A stretch of 64,000 bases of DNA from Cyanobacteria bacterium P01_D01_bin.156 (GCA_039024555.1 JBCCQQ010000009.1:32001-96000); one strand, 5' to 3'. Counted from the stretch's first letter, positions 49,913 through 60,394 are shown. A program made the numbers and translations. The notes: a model not told the origin generated them from the letters alone.

Positions 49913-51931
49913 ATGGGCAATTCAGTGTCGGTTCTAGAGGAGTTACTTGCGGTTTTGCCATCGTTGCGACCGCAAATGTATTTCAAAACATCCCTGACCG
50001 CTCTTTCCCATGCGATGGAAGATCAGGTATTGGCCGGGGATGAAAGTCCGTTAATGATTGCTAGTTTTCAGCAAGAACGCTTTTATCGCCAAGAGGCCCA
50101 TCGATATTTACGGTTAGCCGAAGTTACACCTCATATCTATGTACTGGCGGCAGCAGATACTCAATTTGCTGATGGTCGTGGGTCTGCAGCCCATGAGACT
50201 GTCGCATTTGCTCCGGATGATAACTTGGTGAATGAATGGCACCTGGTGGTTTTGGGGAATGACTATACGGCTTGCCTGATTTGTCGTGAGCATTATCAAA
50301 GTAGTAATCAAGAACCTAAAATTCTCAGTGGGGCTCCGGCTTTAGATCAAAGTCGTCGATTTGAAGGGATTTGGACCCTTAATCGCCAGGTTTGTGAACA
50401 AGCCGCTCATCTTTTATTGCAGCGGGTCATTCAGTATCGGCCAGATTTATCCGATAAAGTAGCGGACTCTCAGGGGCAATTTTTATCCCCTGACTTACTC
50501 CAGGGTGTCCATAGTCAAGACGATGTTGCTGAATCATCCCCTTTTGCACAGCGATTAGTGACGTACGTGCAGGCCAGCCAATATAAGTTGCTGAAAGCTT
50601 ATAAGGCAATGGCAGCCCAGGAAAATCGAGAGCGATTAATTAATTCGATTACGGCAGCAATTCGGCAGTCGCTTAACCCAACTGAAGTGTTTGCGATCGC
50701 AACCCATGAGCTGGGTCAGCAAATTGATGCCTGCCGCTGCATAATTTATCGCAGCAGTCCACACACGGGGTCGGTCAAAGTTCACCATGAATTTCGTCAG
50801 CCCAAGGTGTCGTCTCTTAAGGGAGAGTCGTGGCCGCTGTTGGATAATCCCTTGTTTCAAAAAGTCGTTGGCGATCTCGAATCCCTGACCTATCTGGCTA
50901 ATCCGTCAGATGTCTCCATTGAAGATGAACTGGGAGATACGTCCACAATTCATACATTGCTCAGACAGTGGGACATCAGTGCTGTTTTGCTGGTGCCTCT
51001 AATTTATCAAGAAAGATTGCTTGGTATCATTGAGCTGCATCAATGCAGTGCCCTTCCCCATGCCTGGAACACCTACGACATTAGACTGGTAGAGTCCGTT
51101 GCGGCTCAACTGAGTGTCGCGGTTATCCAAGCCGAAGCCTATGCCAACCTAGAAAACCTCAACCAGCAGTTAGAAGCTCTAGATCGAACCCGGAGTAATC
51201 TGATCGCAATTACCGGCCATGAGCTACGGACGCCGTTATCGACTATTCGGGTATGTCTGGAAAGTATTTCTACGGAACCTGATATGCCTGAGGAGATGCG
51301 TCAGATTATGTTGCAGACGGCCTTGGAAGATTCTGATCGTATGCAAAATCTGGTTCAAGATTTTCTTACTCTGTCTCGTTTAGAAAGCGGCCGCATTGAG
51401 TGGAATTTAGAATCTCTAGCCTTAAGCGAATGCATTGCGCTAGCTCTCAGTAGTCGCAAGACGATACCCAATTGCTCTGTTACTGTTGAATTGACTGAGG
51501 AACTTCCCCTGATTCGCGGTGATGGGGAATGGATTGTGGAGGTGCTCACAAAGCTGCTTGATAATGCTTGTAAATTTACCTCCGCTGAGGAAAGCATTTC
51601 CATTCAAGCTTTTGTTAATGAAAATGCTTTGGTCGAGGTTTCTGTCAATGATACTGGCCGAGGAATTGAGCCAGAGCGTTTGGAAACGGTCTTCGAACGT
51701 TTCTACCAAGAAGAAGGTGCCCTCCGTCGTTCAGTGGGGGGTACTGGATTGGGCTTAGCGATCTGTCGTCAAATTGTAGAAGCTCAGGGCGGTAAAATTT
51801 GGGCTATGTCTAAAGGTAAAGATCAGGGAACCCAAATCCATTTCACCTTGCCTATTGCGGCCAAACAATCCTCAAAGAAAAGGACCTCTAAGCGAGGGAT
51901 TAAACCCAAATCGAGAAAAATTTCAGTTTAA
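49913..51931 (+). CDS. Cytoplasmic sensor histidine kinase (DICT-GAF-HisKA-HATPase)
   Basis: DICT motifs LTALSHAMED, FQ.ERFY.QE..RY, EWHLVV; GAF region; H-box GHELRTPL; N-box LLDNACKF; DTGRGI; GGTGLGL. Confidence 0.9.
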   Translation: MGNSVSVLEELLAVLPSLRPQMYFKTSLTALSHAMEDQVLAGDESPLMIASFQQERFYRQEAHRYLRLAEVTPHIYVLAAADTQFADGRGSAAHETVAFAPDDNLVNEWHLVVLGNDYTACLICREHYQSSNQEPKILSGAPALDQSRRFEGIWTLNRQVCEQAAHLLLQRVIQYRPDLSDKVADSQGQFLSPDLLQGVHSQDDVAESSPFAQRLVTYVQASQYKLLKAYKAMAAQENRERLINSITAAIRQSLNPTEVFAIATHELGQQIDACRCIIYRSSPHTGSVKVHHEFRQPKVSSLKGESWPLLDNPLFQKVVGDLESLTYLANPSDVSIEDELGDTSTIHTLLRQWDISAVLLVPLIYQERLLGIIELHQCSALPHAWNTYDIRLVESVAAQLSVAVIQAEAYANLENLNQQLEALDRTRSNLIAITGHELRTPLSTIRVCLESISTEPDMPEEMRQIMLQTALEDSDRMQNLVQDFLTLSRLESGRIEWNLESLALSECIALALSSRKTIPNCSVTVELTEELPLIRGDGEWIVEVLTKLLDNACKFTSAEESISIQAFVNENALVEVSVNDTGRGIEPERLETVFERFYQEEGALRRSVGGTGLGLAICRQIVEAQGGKIWAMSKGKDQGTQIHFTLPIAAKQSSKKRTSKRGIKPKSRKISV

Positions 51932-52004
51932 CTGCAGCTATATCAGTTCTGTTGTATTGCATCAGGCTATGGCAATGAGCTTTGAAAATACATGCAGTAC
52001 CTGA

Positions 52005-53237
52005 TTATTGGGGCAAGGGTTGCCCAAAGGTTAAAGGTGCTGGCATCGTTGTTTGGACAATTGTGCGTGCAGCGGCAGGTTGTTGAACAGTTTTCCAGCT
52101 AGGTGTACTGATTTCTTCTTCTGAAGTGGTTTGAGGTGCGCTGGATGAGTTGGCCAATGCGGCGATGGCAGACTGCTCTATGGGTGCTTGCTCTGTAGGC
52201 TGTGGAGTCTCTGTCTCTACTATAGGAACTAAGGAAGGACTTACTCCTGGAGGAGCGGTGGCAATATCAATGCTTTCATTTTCTATGGTTGCCACACTTT
52301 CTAGAACCTCAGGTTCTGTCAACTCAGCTGCTATGTTCACTGAGCCTATCGAGGGGGACAACACGATCTCTGGTGCCACTTCAGGCTGTGATTGCAATAC
52401 AGACTCAGTGGGTGTAGTTGGAGAAGCGATGCCATCAGCAGTGAGTTCTGGTAATGGCTCATCACGGGGGCTATCTATGCTATTGTTTGCGACTGCGTCA
52501 TAGACTACAGGAGCTTCTGTGGCGGCTGTTTCCAGAGAAGGAACAACCATAGGGGGCACTGCTGGCAAGGCAGATTCATCGAGAGGTGGAACGCTTACCA
52601 TCTGAGTAGGATTCCCAGTATCGTAGGGGTCAATGGGAAGCATGGTTTCAGATGATGGTTGAGATAACTCTAGGTTAGCGGCTGAATGACTAATCGTTGT
52701 ATTTGTTGCTGCGGCTTGTTGTGATGCACTGTTAGAAAATGCATTCGTATTGGCCTTAACTAAAGGTCGAAAGCTCCAGTACCGTTGGCCATTGCGATCA
52801 TCAAATTGAATATCGGCTTGACTGGGAGCAAGAATAGTTTCTGGGGCCAATTCAATGACAACTCTGACCTGTTCATCGGTATGCTGTGCGACTCGAATCG
52901 TTTGAACAGACCCGTTGTTGTAGGTTTGATCGGGTTCAACTTCGCCAATGTTGGCTTGTGGAATATCTAGGACTAGCCGAGGGGGCTCTGCTAAAAGAAA
53001 GAACTTAGGGAGAATGGTATCTGGTAAGGAAAAGGTGAGCTCACTCGTTGCAGTATTGAATGACCAGTTCTGTAACTCTTCTGCTGAAGCAGGTAAACAT
53101 GCTAGACCTAAAGCCAGAAAACTCCCACCAAAAGATCCATAGCATAGACGGTTGAGCTCCATATAATCTCCAACGGAAACCAAAGAATTACGATTTAAGG
53201 TTAAAGCCATATATCGCTTTGTCAAGGGGGGAACCAT
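52005..53237 (-). CDS. AMIN-domain envelope protein with Pro/Glu/Thr-rich tail (start probably 53162)
   Basis: Signal peptide, FFLLAEPPRLVLDIP and IRVAQ...VRVVIEL AMIN pattern, FGQPLP C-terminus. Confidence 0.8.
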   Translation of the reverse strand: MVPPLTKRYMALTLNRNSLVSVGDYMELNRLCYGSFGGSFLALGLACLPASAEELQNWSFNTATSELTFSLPDTILPKFFLLAEPPRLVLDIPQANIGEVEPDQTYNNGSVQTIRVAQHTDEQVRVVIELAPETILAPSQADIQFDDRNGQRYWSFRPLVKANTNAFSNSASQQAAATNTTISHSAANLELSQPSSETMLPIDPYDTGNPTQMVSVPPLDESALPAVPPMVVPSLETAATEAPVVYDAVANNSIDSPRDEPLPELTADGIASPTTPTESVLQSQPEVAPEIVLSPSIGSVNIAAELTEPEVLESVATIENESIDIATAPPGVSPSLVPIVETETPQPTEQAPIEQSAIAALANSSSAPQTTSEEEISTPSWKTVQQPAAARTIVQTTMPAPLTFGQPLPQ

Positions 53238-53328
53238 ATTTTTGATAAAAATTTCCTAGACAGATTGGATTCCTGGCTCATCATAGGAGAGGCAGTTTAC
53301 ACCTTACATCTACGGAGACTTTTTCCTT

Positions 53329-53424
53329 ATGGAAATGCATGAACTACTAACTCTAATTTTGCTGCTTAGTCCTGGGCTACTACTGTCTGCCCTGGTAATG
53401 TCTGCCATGGCCTTTGGAGGGTGA
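53329..53424 (+). CDS. 31-aa single-TM microprotein (not in the ORF track)
   Basis: MEMHELLTLILLLSPGLLLSALVMSAMAFGG; GGAGA about 10 nt upstream of the ATG; fits the gap between the AMIN and thioredoxin genes. Confidence 0.55.
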   Translation: MEMHELLTLILLLSPGLLLSALVMSAMAFGG

Positions 53425-53494
53425 GTTCTTAGAGATCTCATGCAGGCCATAGCGCTACAGTTGTTATACACACCTGTAGCAAGAGGGACTAATT

Positions 53495-54079
53495 ATGGTG
53501 ATGGTGGAATCCACAATGCTGGAGCTGGGCACTGCAGCGCCTGCATTTTCTCTAACCGATGTAGTGTCCGGCAGCACGATTACGCTAGATACCTTTGCCG
53601 AGCACAAGGCGCTGCTAATCATGTTTATCTGTGTCCATTGCCCCTTTGTTAAGCATGTGGAGCAAGAGCTGGCAAATATTGGGCAAGACTATGCTGCTGA
53701 TGGGTTAGGTATTCTAGCGGTGAGCTCTAATAGTATTGAAAGTCATCCTCAGGATGCGCCTGAGTATATGGAAAAACAGGTGCAAGATCAGGGTTTCAAT
53801 TTTCCCTATTGTTTTGACGAAACCCAAGCCGTAGCTAAAGCCTACACGGCGGCTTGTACGCCTGATTTTTTCTTGTTTGATGCGGATTTTAAGTTAGTGT
53901 ATCGGGGGCAGCTTGATGATAGCCGCCCCAGTAATGGCAAGCCAGTGACGGGTAAAGACTTACGAACAGCGATTCAGCAGGCTTTGGCAGGACAGGCGCT
54001 GATTGACCAGCAGATCCCTAGTGTTGGGTGCAATATTAAGTGGATCCCTGGTCAAGAGCCGACTTATTTTGGTGTCTAG
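53495..54079 (+). CDS. Thioredoxin-family (AhpC/TSA-like) protein
   Basis: AP.FSL.D, CVHCPF (CxxC), A.AY.AACTPDFF, YRGQLDDSRP, PS.GCNIKW motifs. Confidence 0.92.
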   Translation: MVMVESTMLELGTAAPAFSLTDVVSGSTITLDTFAEHKALLIMFICVHCPFVKHVEQELANIGQDYAADGLGILAVSSNSIESHPQDAPEYMEKQVQDQGFNFPYCFDETQAVAKAYTAACTPDFFLFDADFKLVYRGQLDDSRPSNGKPVTGKDLRTAIQQALAGQALIDQQIPSVGCNIKWIPGQEPTYFGV

Positions 54080-54108
54080 TTTTGTCGTGAAACGCAAGTG
54101 TACCGTTT

Positions 54109-54136
54109 ATCTGGAGCTACTGTATTAGCTCCAGAT
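54109..54136. terminator. Hairpin between the convergent thioredoxin and dnaJ genes
   Basis: 11-bp stem ATCTGGAGCTA/TAGCTCCAGAT. Confidence 0.55.
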
Positions 54137-54144
54137 ATGGTGAG

Positions 54145-55044
54145 TTAATATATGTGAGATCGCGGATTATAGGATTCAACCATTTGCAGCTTTTCATAGA
54201 GTTCTGTTTCTTGTTCGCTTAGTTTCTGAGGAATTGTGATGCCGATTTCTACAATTTGATCACCCCGTTTTTCAGAGAGACGACCATAGCCTTTACCGGC
54301 TAAACGTAGCTTTCGGCCAGGTTGAATACCAGCGGGAATAGTCATTTGTACCGGACCATCCAAGGTCGGGATAGTGACTTGCCCTCCGAGTACGGCTTCT
54401 GTGGGGGTCAAGGGTAAATAACACACCACATCCTGTCCCTGTACATTCAAAAAGTGATGGGGGGTGACCACGAGGTTGAGATAAAGATCCCCTCCATTGA
54501 TACCTTGACCCCTGAGTCTAAGGCGTTGTCCTGTGACCATGCGCGGCGGCATATCCACTTCTAACGCCCGGCCATCTTCTAAACGCACCCGTTCGGAACC
54601 GCCATGAAAAGCACGCTCTAGTGGAATCTCTAACGAGGCTTCTGCATCTCGTTTGTCAGTATTTTTGATAGGGCTTTCAGAAGATTTTCGAGATGCTTTG
54701 TCTCGGGCAGAGGGTGTTTGAGCCGATGAGTGATGCGATATGTTTTGTCGATTGAGTAACTGATCGACAAAACGATTGAAATCTTCTAAATCACGATAGT
54801 CCGCTGCGGATTTTTGCTTGAGCCAATAGCGACGATAGTCATCGTATCGAGCTCTATGTTCGGCATCTGAGAGAATTTCGTAGGCTTCCCCAAGGGATTT
54901 AAAACGCTCCTCAGCTTCCTGATTACCTGGGTTTAAGTCAGGGTGAAATTCGCGCGCGAGCCGTCGATAGGTTTGCTTAATAGTCTGAGCATCGGCATCC
55001 TGGTCAATACCGAGAATCTCATAGTAGTCTCGAAAATTTTGCAT
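54145..55044 (-). CDS. dnaJ: Class B J-domain co-chaperone (DnaJ/CbpA-like, no zinc finger)
   Basis: MQNFRDYYEILG, HPD motif, C-terminal GQRLRLRGQG..GDLYL; starts 11 nt after the dnaK stop. Confidence 0.9.
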   Translation of the reverse strand: MQNFRDYYEILGIDQDADAQTIKQTYRRLAREFHPDLNPGNQEAEERFKSLGEAYEILSDAEHRARYDDYRRYWLKQKSAADYRDLEDFNRFVDQLLNRQNISHHSSAQTPSARDKASRKSSESPIKNTDKRDAEASLEIPLERAFHGGSERVRLEDGRALEVDMPPRMVTGQRLRLRGQGINGGDLYLNLVVTPHHFLNVQGQDVVCYLPLTPTEAVLGGQVTIPTLDGPVQMTIPAGIQPGRKLRLAGKGYGRLSEKRGDQIVEIGITIPQKLSEQETELYEKLQMVESYNPRSHIY

Positions 55045-55055
55045 ATCAGGTGGTA

Positions 55056-57941
55056 TTACCAGACCTCGTCCTGATCGCCCCATTCGTCACGATAGCGCTC
55101 TGAACTGGAGGATTGCTGCCCAGAGTTAGCAGAATATCCCTCTTGACGTGGATGATTAGTTGGGCTGTTTTGGGGACGAGTCGGGATATTATCCGCAGAT
55201 TTATCTGCCCAAGGATCGTCGTCTACTGGAGGAGTAGCACTCCACCGGCTATTGGAGCCAGTATTGGCATCATTTTGGTAGGGATAGTCAGAGTTAGATG
55301 CTGTGCCTGGAGAGTTAGGTGCTGGCCTTGGATTGCCACGATTCTCTGGGGATGGCCTTGAAAAATTGTCGTATGTCGGATATGAGCCCTCTCTATTGTT
55401 CTCATAAGATGGTTGTCCATAACCGTCTTGTTGATTGTAGGCATTGTCATTGCCCTGCCATCTCTCCGGCTGTGGTCTGGAGTTACGGTTGTCTTGAATT
55501 TGTTGCCCGTCACGATAGGCGGATGAGTCATACCCTGGCTGACCGTTGTAGTCCTGTCGAAGATTGCGATCGTCGCCGTAGCGATTTGGAGGATTAGGGG
55601 GCTGGCTGTAGGCGTCTTGATTGGGAGGTTGCCTGTAGGAGCCTTGATCATATGCACCAGATTGTGGATATTGGTTCGGTTGCTGGTTTTGATCTTGAGG
55701 TGGAGTCGATTGATAGTTGCCAGCATCATAATTATCAGCACCATAGCGAGGCTGATTGGGCTGCTGTCTACGATCATCTCGGCCATATCCTTGGTCATAG
55801 CGTTGTTGCCCATAAGGGGCTGGACCATAGCCACCGGAGTATTGATCCCGTCCATTATTAGAACCACGGCGCGAGTCATTGTCGCGACCATACCCATCAG
55901 CGGGATTGTAGTCTCCTTGGCGAGCCGCTGGACGATTCCAGCTATCATCCCAATCATCCCAACCGCTGCGATTATCTCGACGGCCAGCCGACCAGCTTGG
56001 GTTGTTGTCCCACTGGCTTTGACCGTTCCAGTCGTAGTCGCGACGATAATAATCGTCGTCATCTTCAAAGGCTTTTTTGATGGTGTCGCCGATTTGGTTA
56101 AAGATGTTGCCGTCGTCGTTATCGGCGTCGTATAGGTAGGCTTCGCGATTGAGTTCGTACAGTTCGTCTTGCAATTCAGATTGAACCATATCCACCATGC
56201 GCTCATCCTCGCGTTTTAGCGCACCACGTAGGTCTTGAATGAGATTATCAATGCGGCGTTTGCGATCGCGAGCAAACTGCAGACCAAAATCAATGGAAAC
56301 ACTGCGCATGGCACGCTCTGCCTGGAATGTGAGTGTTTCAGCTCGATTGCGCTTCTCAATACGTTCCCGCTGCCCTCGATCCACATCAGCAAATTCTTCT
56401 GCTTCCTTGAGCATTCGCTGGATGTCGTCTTCAGCTAGGTTAGACGCTTCTTGTACCGTGATACTTTGCTCGCGCCCGGTGGTTTTGTCCATGGCAGACA
56501 CTTGCAAAATACCATTGGCATCGATGTCAAAGGACACTTGGACCTGGGGGATGCCTCGGGGCGCTGGTGGAATACCCATGAGCTTAAAACGGCCTAGGGA
56601 CTTATTGTCCATTGCCATTTCCCGCTCACCTTGAATGATGTGAACCTCGACCACCGTTTGGTTATTTTCGGATGTGGAAAATACGTCTGAACGTCTAACG
56701 GGAATGGTGGTATTGCGGGGAATCACCTTTTTCATTACCCCACCGATGGTTTCCAATCCCAAGGACAGCGGTGTGACATCCAGCAGCATGATGTCTTTTA
56801 CCTCATCTGTGAGGATGCCAGCTTGAATAGCTGCGCCCACCGCCACCGCCTCATCAGGATTGACATTCTGATTGGGTTCTTTGCTGAGTAGGGAGCGCAC
56901 CAGATGTTGCACCATCGGCATACGACTAGATCCACCCACTAAAACCACCTCATCAATTTGAGAGGGTGATAATCGTGCATCATTCATGGCCTGCTGTACT
57001 GGAGCCCGCAGACGGCTAATGAGGTCGGCACAGAGGGATTCAAAGTGCGATCGCGATAACTTTTTCTCAATGTGTTTGGGACCATCAGCTGTAGCCGTGA
57101 TAAAGGGCAAATTAATTTCAGCTGTAGGTAACCCAGACAGTTCTACCTTTGCTTTTTCGGCGGCCTCGGTGAGTCTCTGTAAAGCTTGACGATCTCGTCG
57201 CAGGTCTACACCTTCTGTATCCAGAAATTCATCTGCCAACCAATCAACAATTTTCTTGTCAAAGTTAACCCCCCCAAGCTGGGTATCACCGCTGGTCGCT
57301 CTGACTTCAAAGACACCATTCCGGACATCTAAAATGGAAACATCAAACGTACCTCCACCCAGGTCGAACACCAGAATAGTTTGATTGAACTGCTGGTCTA
57401 AACCATAGGCGAGGGCTGCTGCCGTTGGCTCATTGATAATGCGTTTGACTTCTAAGCCTGCGATCCGTCCAGCATCTCGTGTGGCTTGACGCTGGGCGTC
57501 ATTAAAATAAGCCGGAACCGTGATCACAGCACCTGTGACCGGCTGACCCATGTAGCGACTGGCTTCCTCGGCTAACTTTCTCAGCACCATCGCTGAAATC
57601 TCTTCGGGAGCAAAGTCCTTATCTAGGCGTGGGCAACGGACTTTGACATTACCGGCTTCATCTTTACGTACGGTGTAGGGAACCCGTTTCGACTCAGAAC
57701 TAAGTTCTGTGTATTTACGACCTAAATAGCGCTTGACGTTGTAAAACGTATTTTGTGGATTCAGTACTGATTGACGTCGCGCCATTTGACCTACTAGGCG
57801 CTCTCCTTCCTTGCTAAAGGCAACAACCGAAGGTGTGGTCCGCATACCCTCCGCATTGGCAATAACCACCGGCTTGCCACCTTCGATCACTGAGACGACT
57901 GAGTTGGTAGTACCGAGGTCAATACCGACGACCTTTCCCAT
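55056..57941 (-). CDS. dnaK: Hsp70 chaperone DnaK (DnaK3-type) with a very long low-complexity C-terminal tail
   Basis: [43 protein letters not shown] motifs; followed by dnaJ; residues ~602-961 are low complexity. Confidence 0.95.
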   Translation of the reverse strand: MGKVVGIDLGTTNSVVSVIEGGKPVVIANAEGMRTTPSVVAFSKEGERLVGQMARRQSVLNPQNTFYNVKRYLGRKYTELSSESKRVPYTVRKDEAGNVKVRCPRLDKDFAPEEISAMVLRKLAEEASRYMGQPVTGAVITVPAYFNDAQRQATRDAGRIAGLEVKRIINEPTAAALAYGLDQQFNQTILVFDLGGGTFDVSILDVRNGVFEVRATSGDTQLGGVNFDKKIVDWLADEFLDTEGVDLRRDRQALQRLTEAAEKAKVELSGLPTAEINLPFITATADGPKHIEKKLSRSHFESLCADLISRLRAPVQQAMNDARLSPSQIDEVVLVGGSSRMPMVQHLVRSLLSKEPNQNVNPDEAVAVGAAIQAGILTDEVKDIMLLDVTPLSLGLETIGGVMKKVIPRNTTIPVRRSDVFSTSENNQTVVEVHIIQGEREMAMDNKSLGRFKLMGIPPAPRGIPQVQVSFDIDANGILQVSAMDKTTGREQSITVQEASNLAEDDIQRMLKEAEEFADVDRGQRERIEKRNRAETLTFQAERAMRSVSIDFGLQFARDRKRRIDNLIQDLRGALKREDERMVDMVQSELQDELYELNREAYLYDADNDDGNIFNQIGDTIKKAFEDDDDYYRRDYDWNGQSQWDNNPSWSAGRRDNRSGWDDWDDSWNRPAARQGDYNPADGYGRDNDSRRGSNNGRDQYSGGYGPAPYGQQRYDQGYGRDDRRQQPNQPRYGADNYDAGNYQSTPPQDQNQQPNQYPQSGAYDQGSYRQPPNQDAYSQPPNPPNRYGDDRNLRQDYNGQPGYDSSAYRDGQQIQDNRNSRPQPERWQGNDNAYNQQDGYGQPSYENNREGSYPTYDNFSRPSPENRGNPRPAPNSPGTASNSDYPYQNDANTGSNSRWSATPPVDDDPWADKSADNIPTRPQNSPTNHPRQEGYSANSGQQSSSSERYRDEWGDQDEVW

Positions 57942-58153
57942 CCGCTAGGTTTCTCCCGTTGTGCCTGTAGCGGCCATAGCCGTCTACACAATTAATCATA
58001 TATATAGTAGTCGCTTAGTAGTCTAAGCCACTATTGGGTTGCGACTTAACCGCATATACACACCATCATAATGGTCCGGTTATGGCAATGTTGTCTATTC
58101 CAGAGAACCGACTATAAACTTGTACCTATCCTCTGATAATATTTAATTTACAA

Positions 58154-58236
58154 GCGGATGTGGCGGAATTGGTAGACGCGCTAGGTTTAGGTTCTAGTGT
58201 CTTCGTGACGTGAAGGTTCAAGTCCTTTCATCCGCA
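58154..58236 (+). tRNA. trnL: tRNA-Leu(TAG)
   Basis: GCGGATG/CATCCGC acceptor, GGAATTGGTAGAC D-loop, CTAGG-TTTAGGT-TCTAG anticodon arm, long variable arm. Confidence 0.96.
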
Positions 58237-58239
58237 TCA

Positions 58240-58272
58240 GAGCCCTGACTTCTAGTAAAGTTGGGGCTTTTT
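58240..58272 (+). terminator. Terminator after tRNA-Leu
   Basis: AGCCCTGACTT/AAGTTGGGGCT stem followed by TTTT. Confidence 0.6.
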
Positions 58273-58415
58273 AGGTTAATACCTGTGGATAGAAGTCGGG
58301 GCTCTAAATGCGTCGCTTTTCAAGTCCTTAGTTTCAAATTTGGTAACCAAGCCAGAGTCTCAAAAGCCTGCATTCATACTGAATCTAAGAATTTAGATGA
58401 AGGGCAGGAGTTGAG

Positions 58416-59324
58416 ATGGCAACATTACTAAAATCTAGGTTGGCGGTACTGATGGCAGTGGTCAGTTTAGCCAGCTGTAGTGCCGCTAATAATTTCAAAA
58501 GTGAAACAAGCTTACAAGTGGCTTTACCAGAAGAATCCACAGCAGTAGCGGATTCTGCCAATGTGCTTCAGCAACCTGAAGCGATCAGCCAAGGCTCTGA
58601 CGCAACTGTGAGTCGATCGGCTGATTTACCGCAGGATGTGACAACTGGCCAACCTCAGCTGATAAAACGTGCCCAGCTTAACGTGATAGTAAATTCAGTA
58701 GATGACAGCTTACAACAAGCATCACAGCTGGTTCGTACCCACCAGGGCGATATTCTAGACTTGCAAGATAATCATATCGAAGCTGTTCAACGTACTGTTT
58801 ACCTGCGAATTCGGGTTCCCCAGGCTAAGTTGGACACTCTATTGGCAGATCTCAGTGGTCTTGGCACTATTCAACAGCAGGGGTTGAGTGCAGAAGATGT
58901 GTCTACCCAGATCGTGGATGCTCGGGCACGACTCCGCAATTTGCGAAAATCTGAGGAATCACTCCTCAAAATTATGGAACGCTCTGGGGAAATTTCCCAT
59001 GTTCTGGAAGTATCTCGGGAACTGAGCCGTGTCCGTGAGCAAATTGAGCAAATTGATGCTCGTGTACAGAATCTTCAAACTCAGGTCCGCTACTCCACCA
59101 TTGATTTGACTTTAGGTGCAGCTGTTGTATCCCAGCCTATCGGTCGCCCCGTGGTTGAAACGATTCGCACTACCTGGCAAGAGGCTACTCAATCCGTGGG
59201 GGACTTGACCGTAGGACTCATGCAACTGGGTTTATGGCTATTGGCCTATAGTCCGTATCTATTGGTGGTGGCGATTGCTGGTGTGGTTGGTTATCGCACT
59301 GTGCGCCGCCGCACAAGTGCTTAG
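58416..59324 (+). CDS. DUF4349 family lipoprotein
   Basis: Lipobox LASC, LIKRAQL, LRIRVP, EDVS.Q.VD..ARL, V.YSTI.L, C-terminal TM helix. Confidence 0.88.
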   Translation: MATLLKSRLAVLMAVVSLASCSAANNFKSETSLQVALPEESTAVADSANVLQQPEAISQGSDATVSRSADLPQDVTTGQPQLIKRAQLNVIVNSVDDSLQQASQLVRTHQGDILDLQDNHIEAVQRTVYLRIRVPQAKLDTLLADLSGLGTIQQQGLSAEDVSTQIVDARARLRNLRKSEESLLKIMERSGEISHVLEVSRELSRVREQIEQIDARVQNLQTQVRYSTIDLTLGAAVVSQPIGRPVVETIRTTWQEATQSVGDLTVGLMQLGLWLLAYSPYLLVVAIAGVVGYRTVRRRTSA

Positions 59325-59401
59325 CCTAATCATGGTGAGGAAGCAGGTTGTTAATGGCTAAGCAGAGGTTGCGATCCTGTGGGTTCAGCACCGGCTTTCA
59401 T

Positions 59402-60394
59402 CTAGTGAAGCTGGTAATAGTCCGTATACCAGACGATAAACTTTTCCATGCCAACTTCTAGGGGGGTGCTGGGAGCAAAGCCTACATCAGCTGATAGGTC
59501 GGCTACATCGGCATAGGTCGCTTTCACATCCCCTGGCTGCATTGGCATCATTTCTTTAGTGGCTGTTTTACCCAATGTTTGCTCAATGATTTCGATGAAG
59601 CGCATCAGTTCCACCGGGCTGTGATTACCGATGTTGTAGAGCTTGTAGGGAGCCGTGGTGTTAAATGCTTCATCAGCTAGGGGCTTTGGTAGCTGGCGCA
59701 TAGCTCGCACCACCCCTTCTACTACATCATCTATATAGGTAAAGTCGCGCTGCATTTTTCCATGGTTATAGACATGGATTGGGCGGTTGTTTGCGATCGC
59801 GTCTACAAACTTAAAATAGGCCATATCTGGACGACCCCAGGGGCCATATACCGTAAAAAATCTCAGCCCTGTAGTTGGCATGTTGTACAGATGACTGTAG
59901 GAATGAGCCATTAGCTCATTGGCCTTTTTAGTGGCTGCATATAGGGAAACAGGGTGATCGACATTGTCTGTTGTTGCAAACGGTACCTGACGATTCGCTC
60001 CGTACACCGAACTAGACGATGCATACACCAAATGCTCCACACCATGGTGGCGACACCCTTCTAAGACATGAATAAACCCTGTTAAGTTACTGTCTGCGTA
60101 AGCATAGGGATTTTTGAGGGAGTACCGTACACCAGCTTGGGCAGCCAAGTGAATCACACGATCAAACGAATGATTTTGAAACAGTGCACCCATGGTTGAG
60201 CGATCGGCAATATCTATCGCTGCAAATTCAAAGGCAGGATGGGGCAAAAGCTGAGCCAGTCGGTCTTTTTTAAGCGGAACACTGTAGTAGTCATTGAGAT
60301 TATCGATCCCGTAGACCGAATCTCCATCAGCTAGCAGACGCTGAGCTACGAAGAAACCAATAAAACCAGCTACGCCAGTGACTAATACGTTCAT
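59402..60394 (-). CDS. NAD-dependent epimerase (UDP-glucuronate 4-epimerase-like)
   Basis: TGVAGFIG, HLAAQAGVRYS, YASSSSVYG, YAATKK, RFFTVYGPWGRPDMA motifs. Confidence 0.93.
   Translation of the reverse strand: MNVLVTGVAGFIGFFVAQRLLADGDSVYGIDNLNDYYSVPLKKDRLAQLLPHPAFEFAAIDIADRSTMGALFQNHSFDRVIHLAAQAGVRYSLKNPYAYADSNLTGFIHVLEGCRHHGVEHLVYASSSSVYGANRQVPFATTDNVDHPVSLYAATKKANELMAHSYSHLYNMPTTGLRFFTVYGPWGRPDMAYFKFVDAIANNRPIHVYNHGKMQRDFTYIDDVVEGVVRAMRQLPKPLADEAFNTTAPYKLYNIGNHSPVELMRFIEIIEQTLGKTATKEMMPMQPGDVKATYADVADLSADVGFAPSTPLEVGMEKFIVWYTDYYQLH

Noticed and set aside
55223..56206. 327-aa alternative-frame ORF overlapping the dnaK tail
   Set aside because: It is the +1 frame of dnaK. Stops in that frame need T at the second position of the dnaK codon (Leu/Ile/Val/Met), and those residues are nearly absent from the tail. 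The Thr/Ile/Met-rich product is a compositional shadow.
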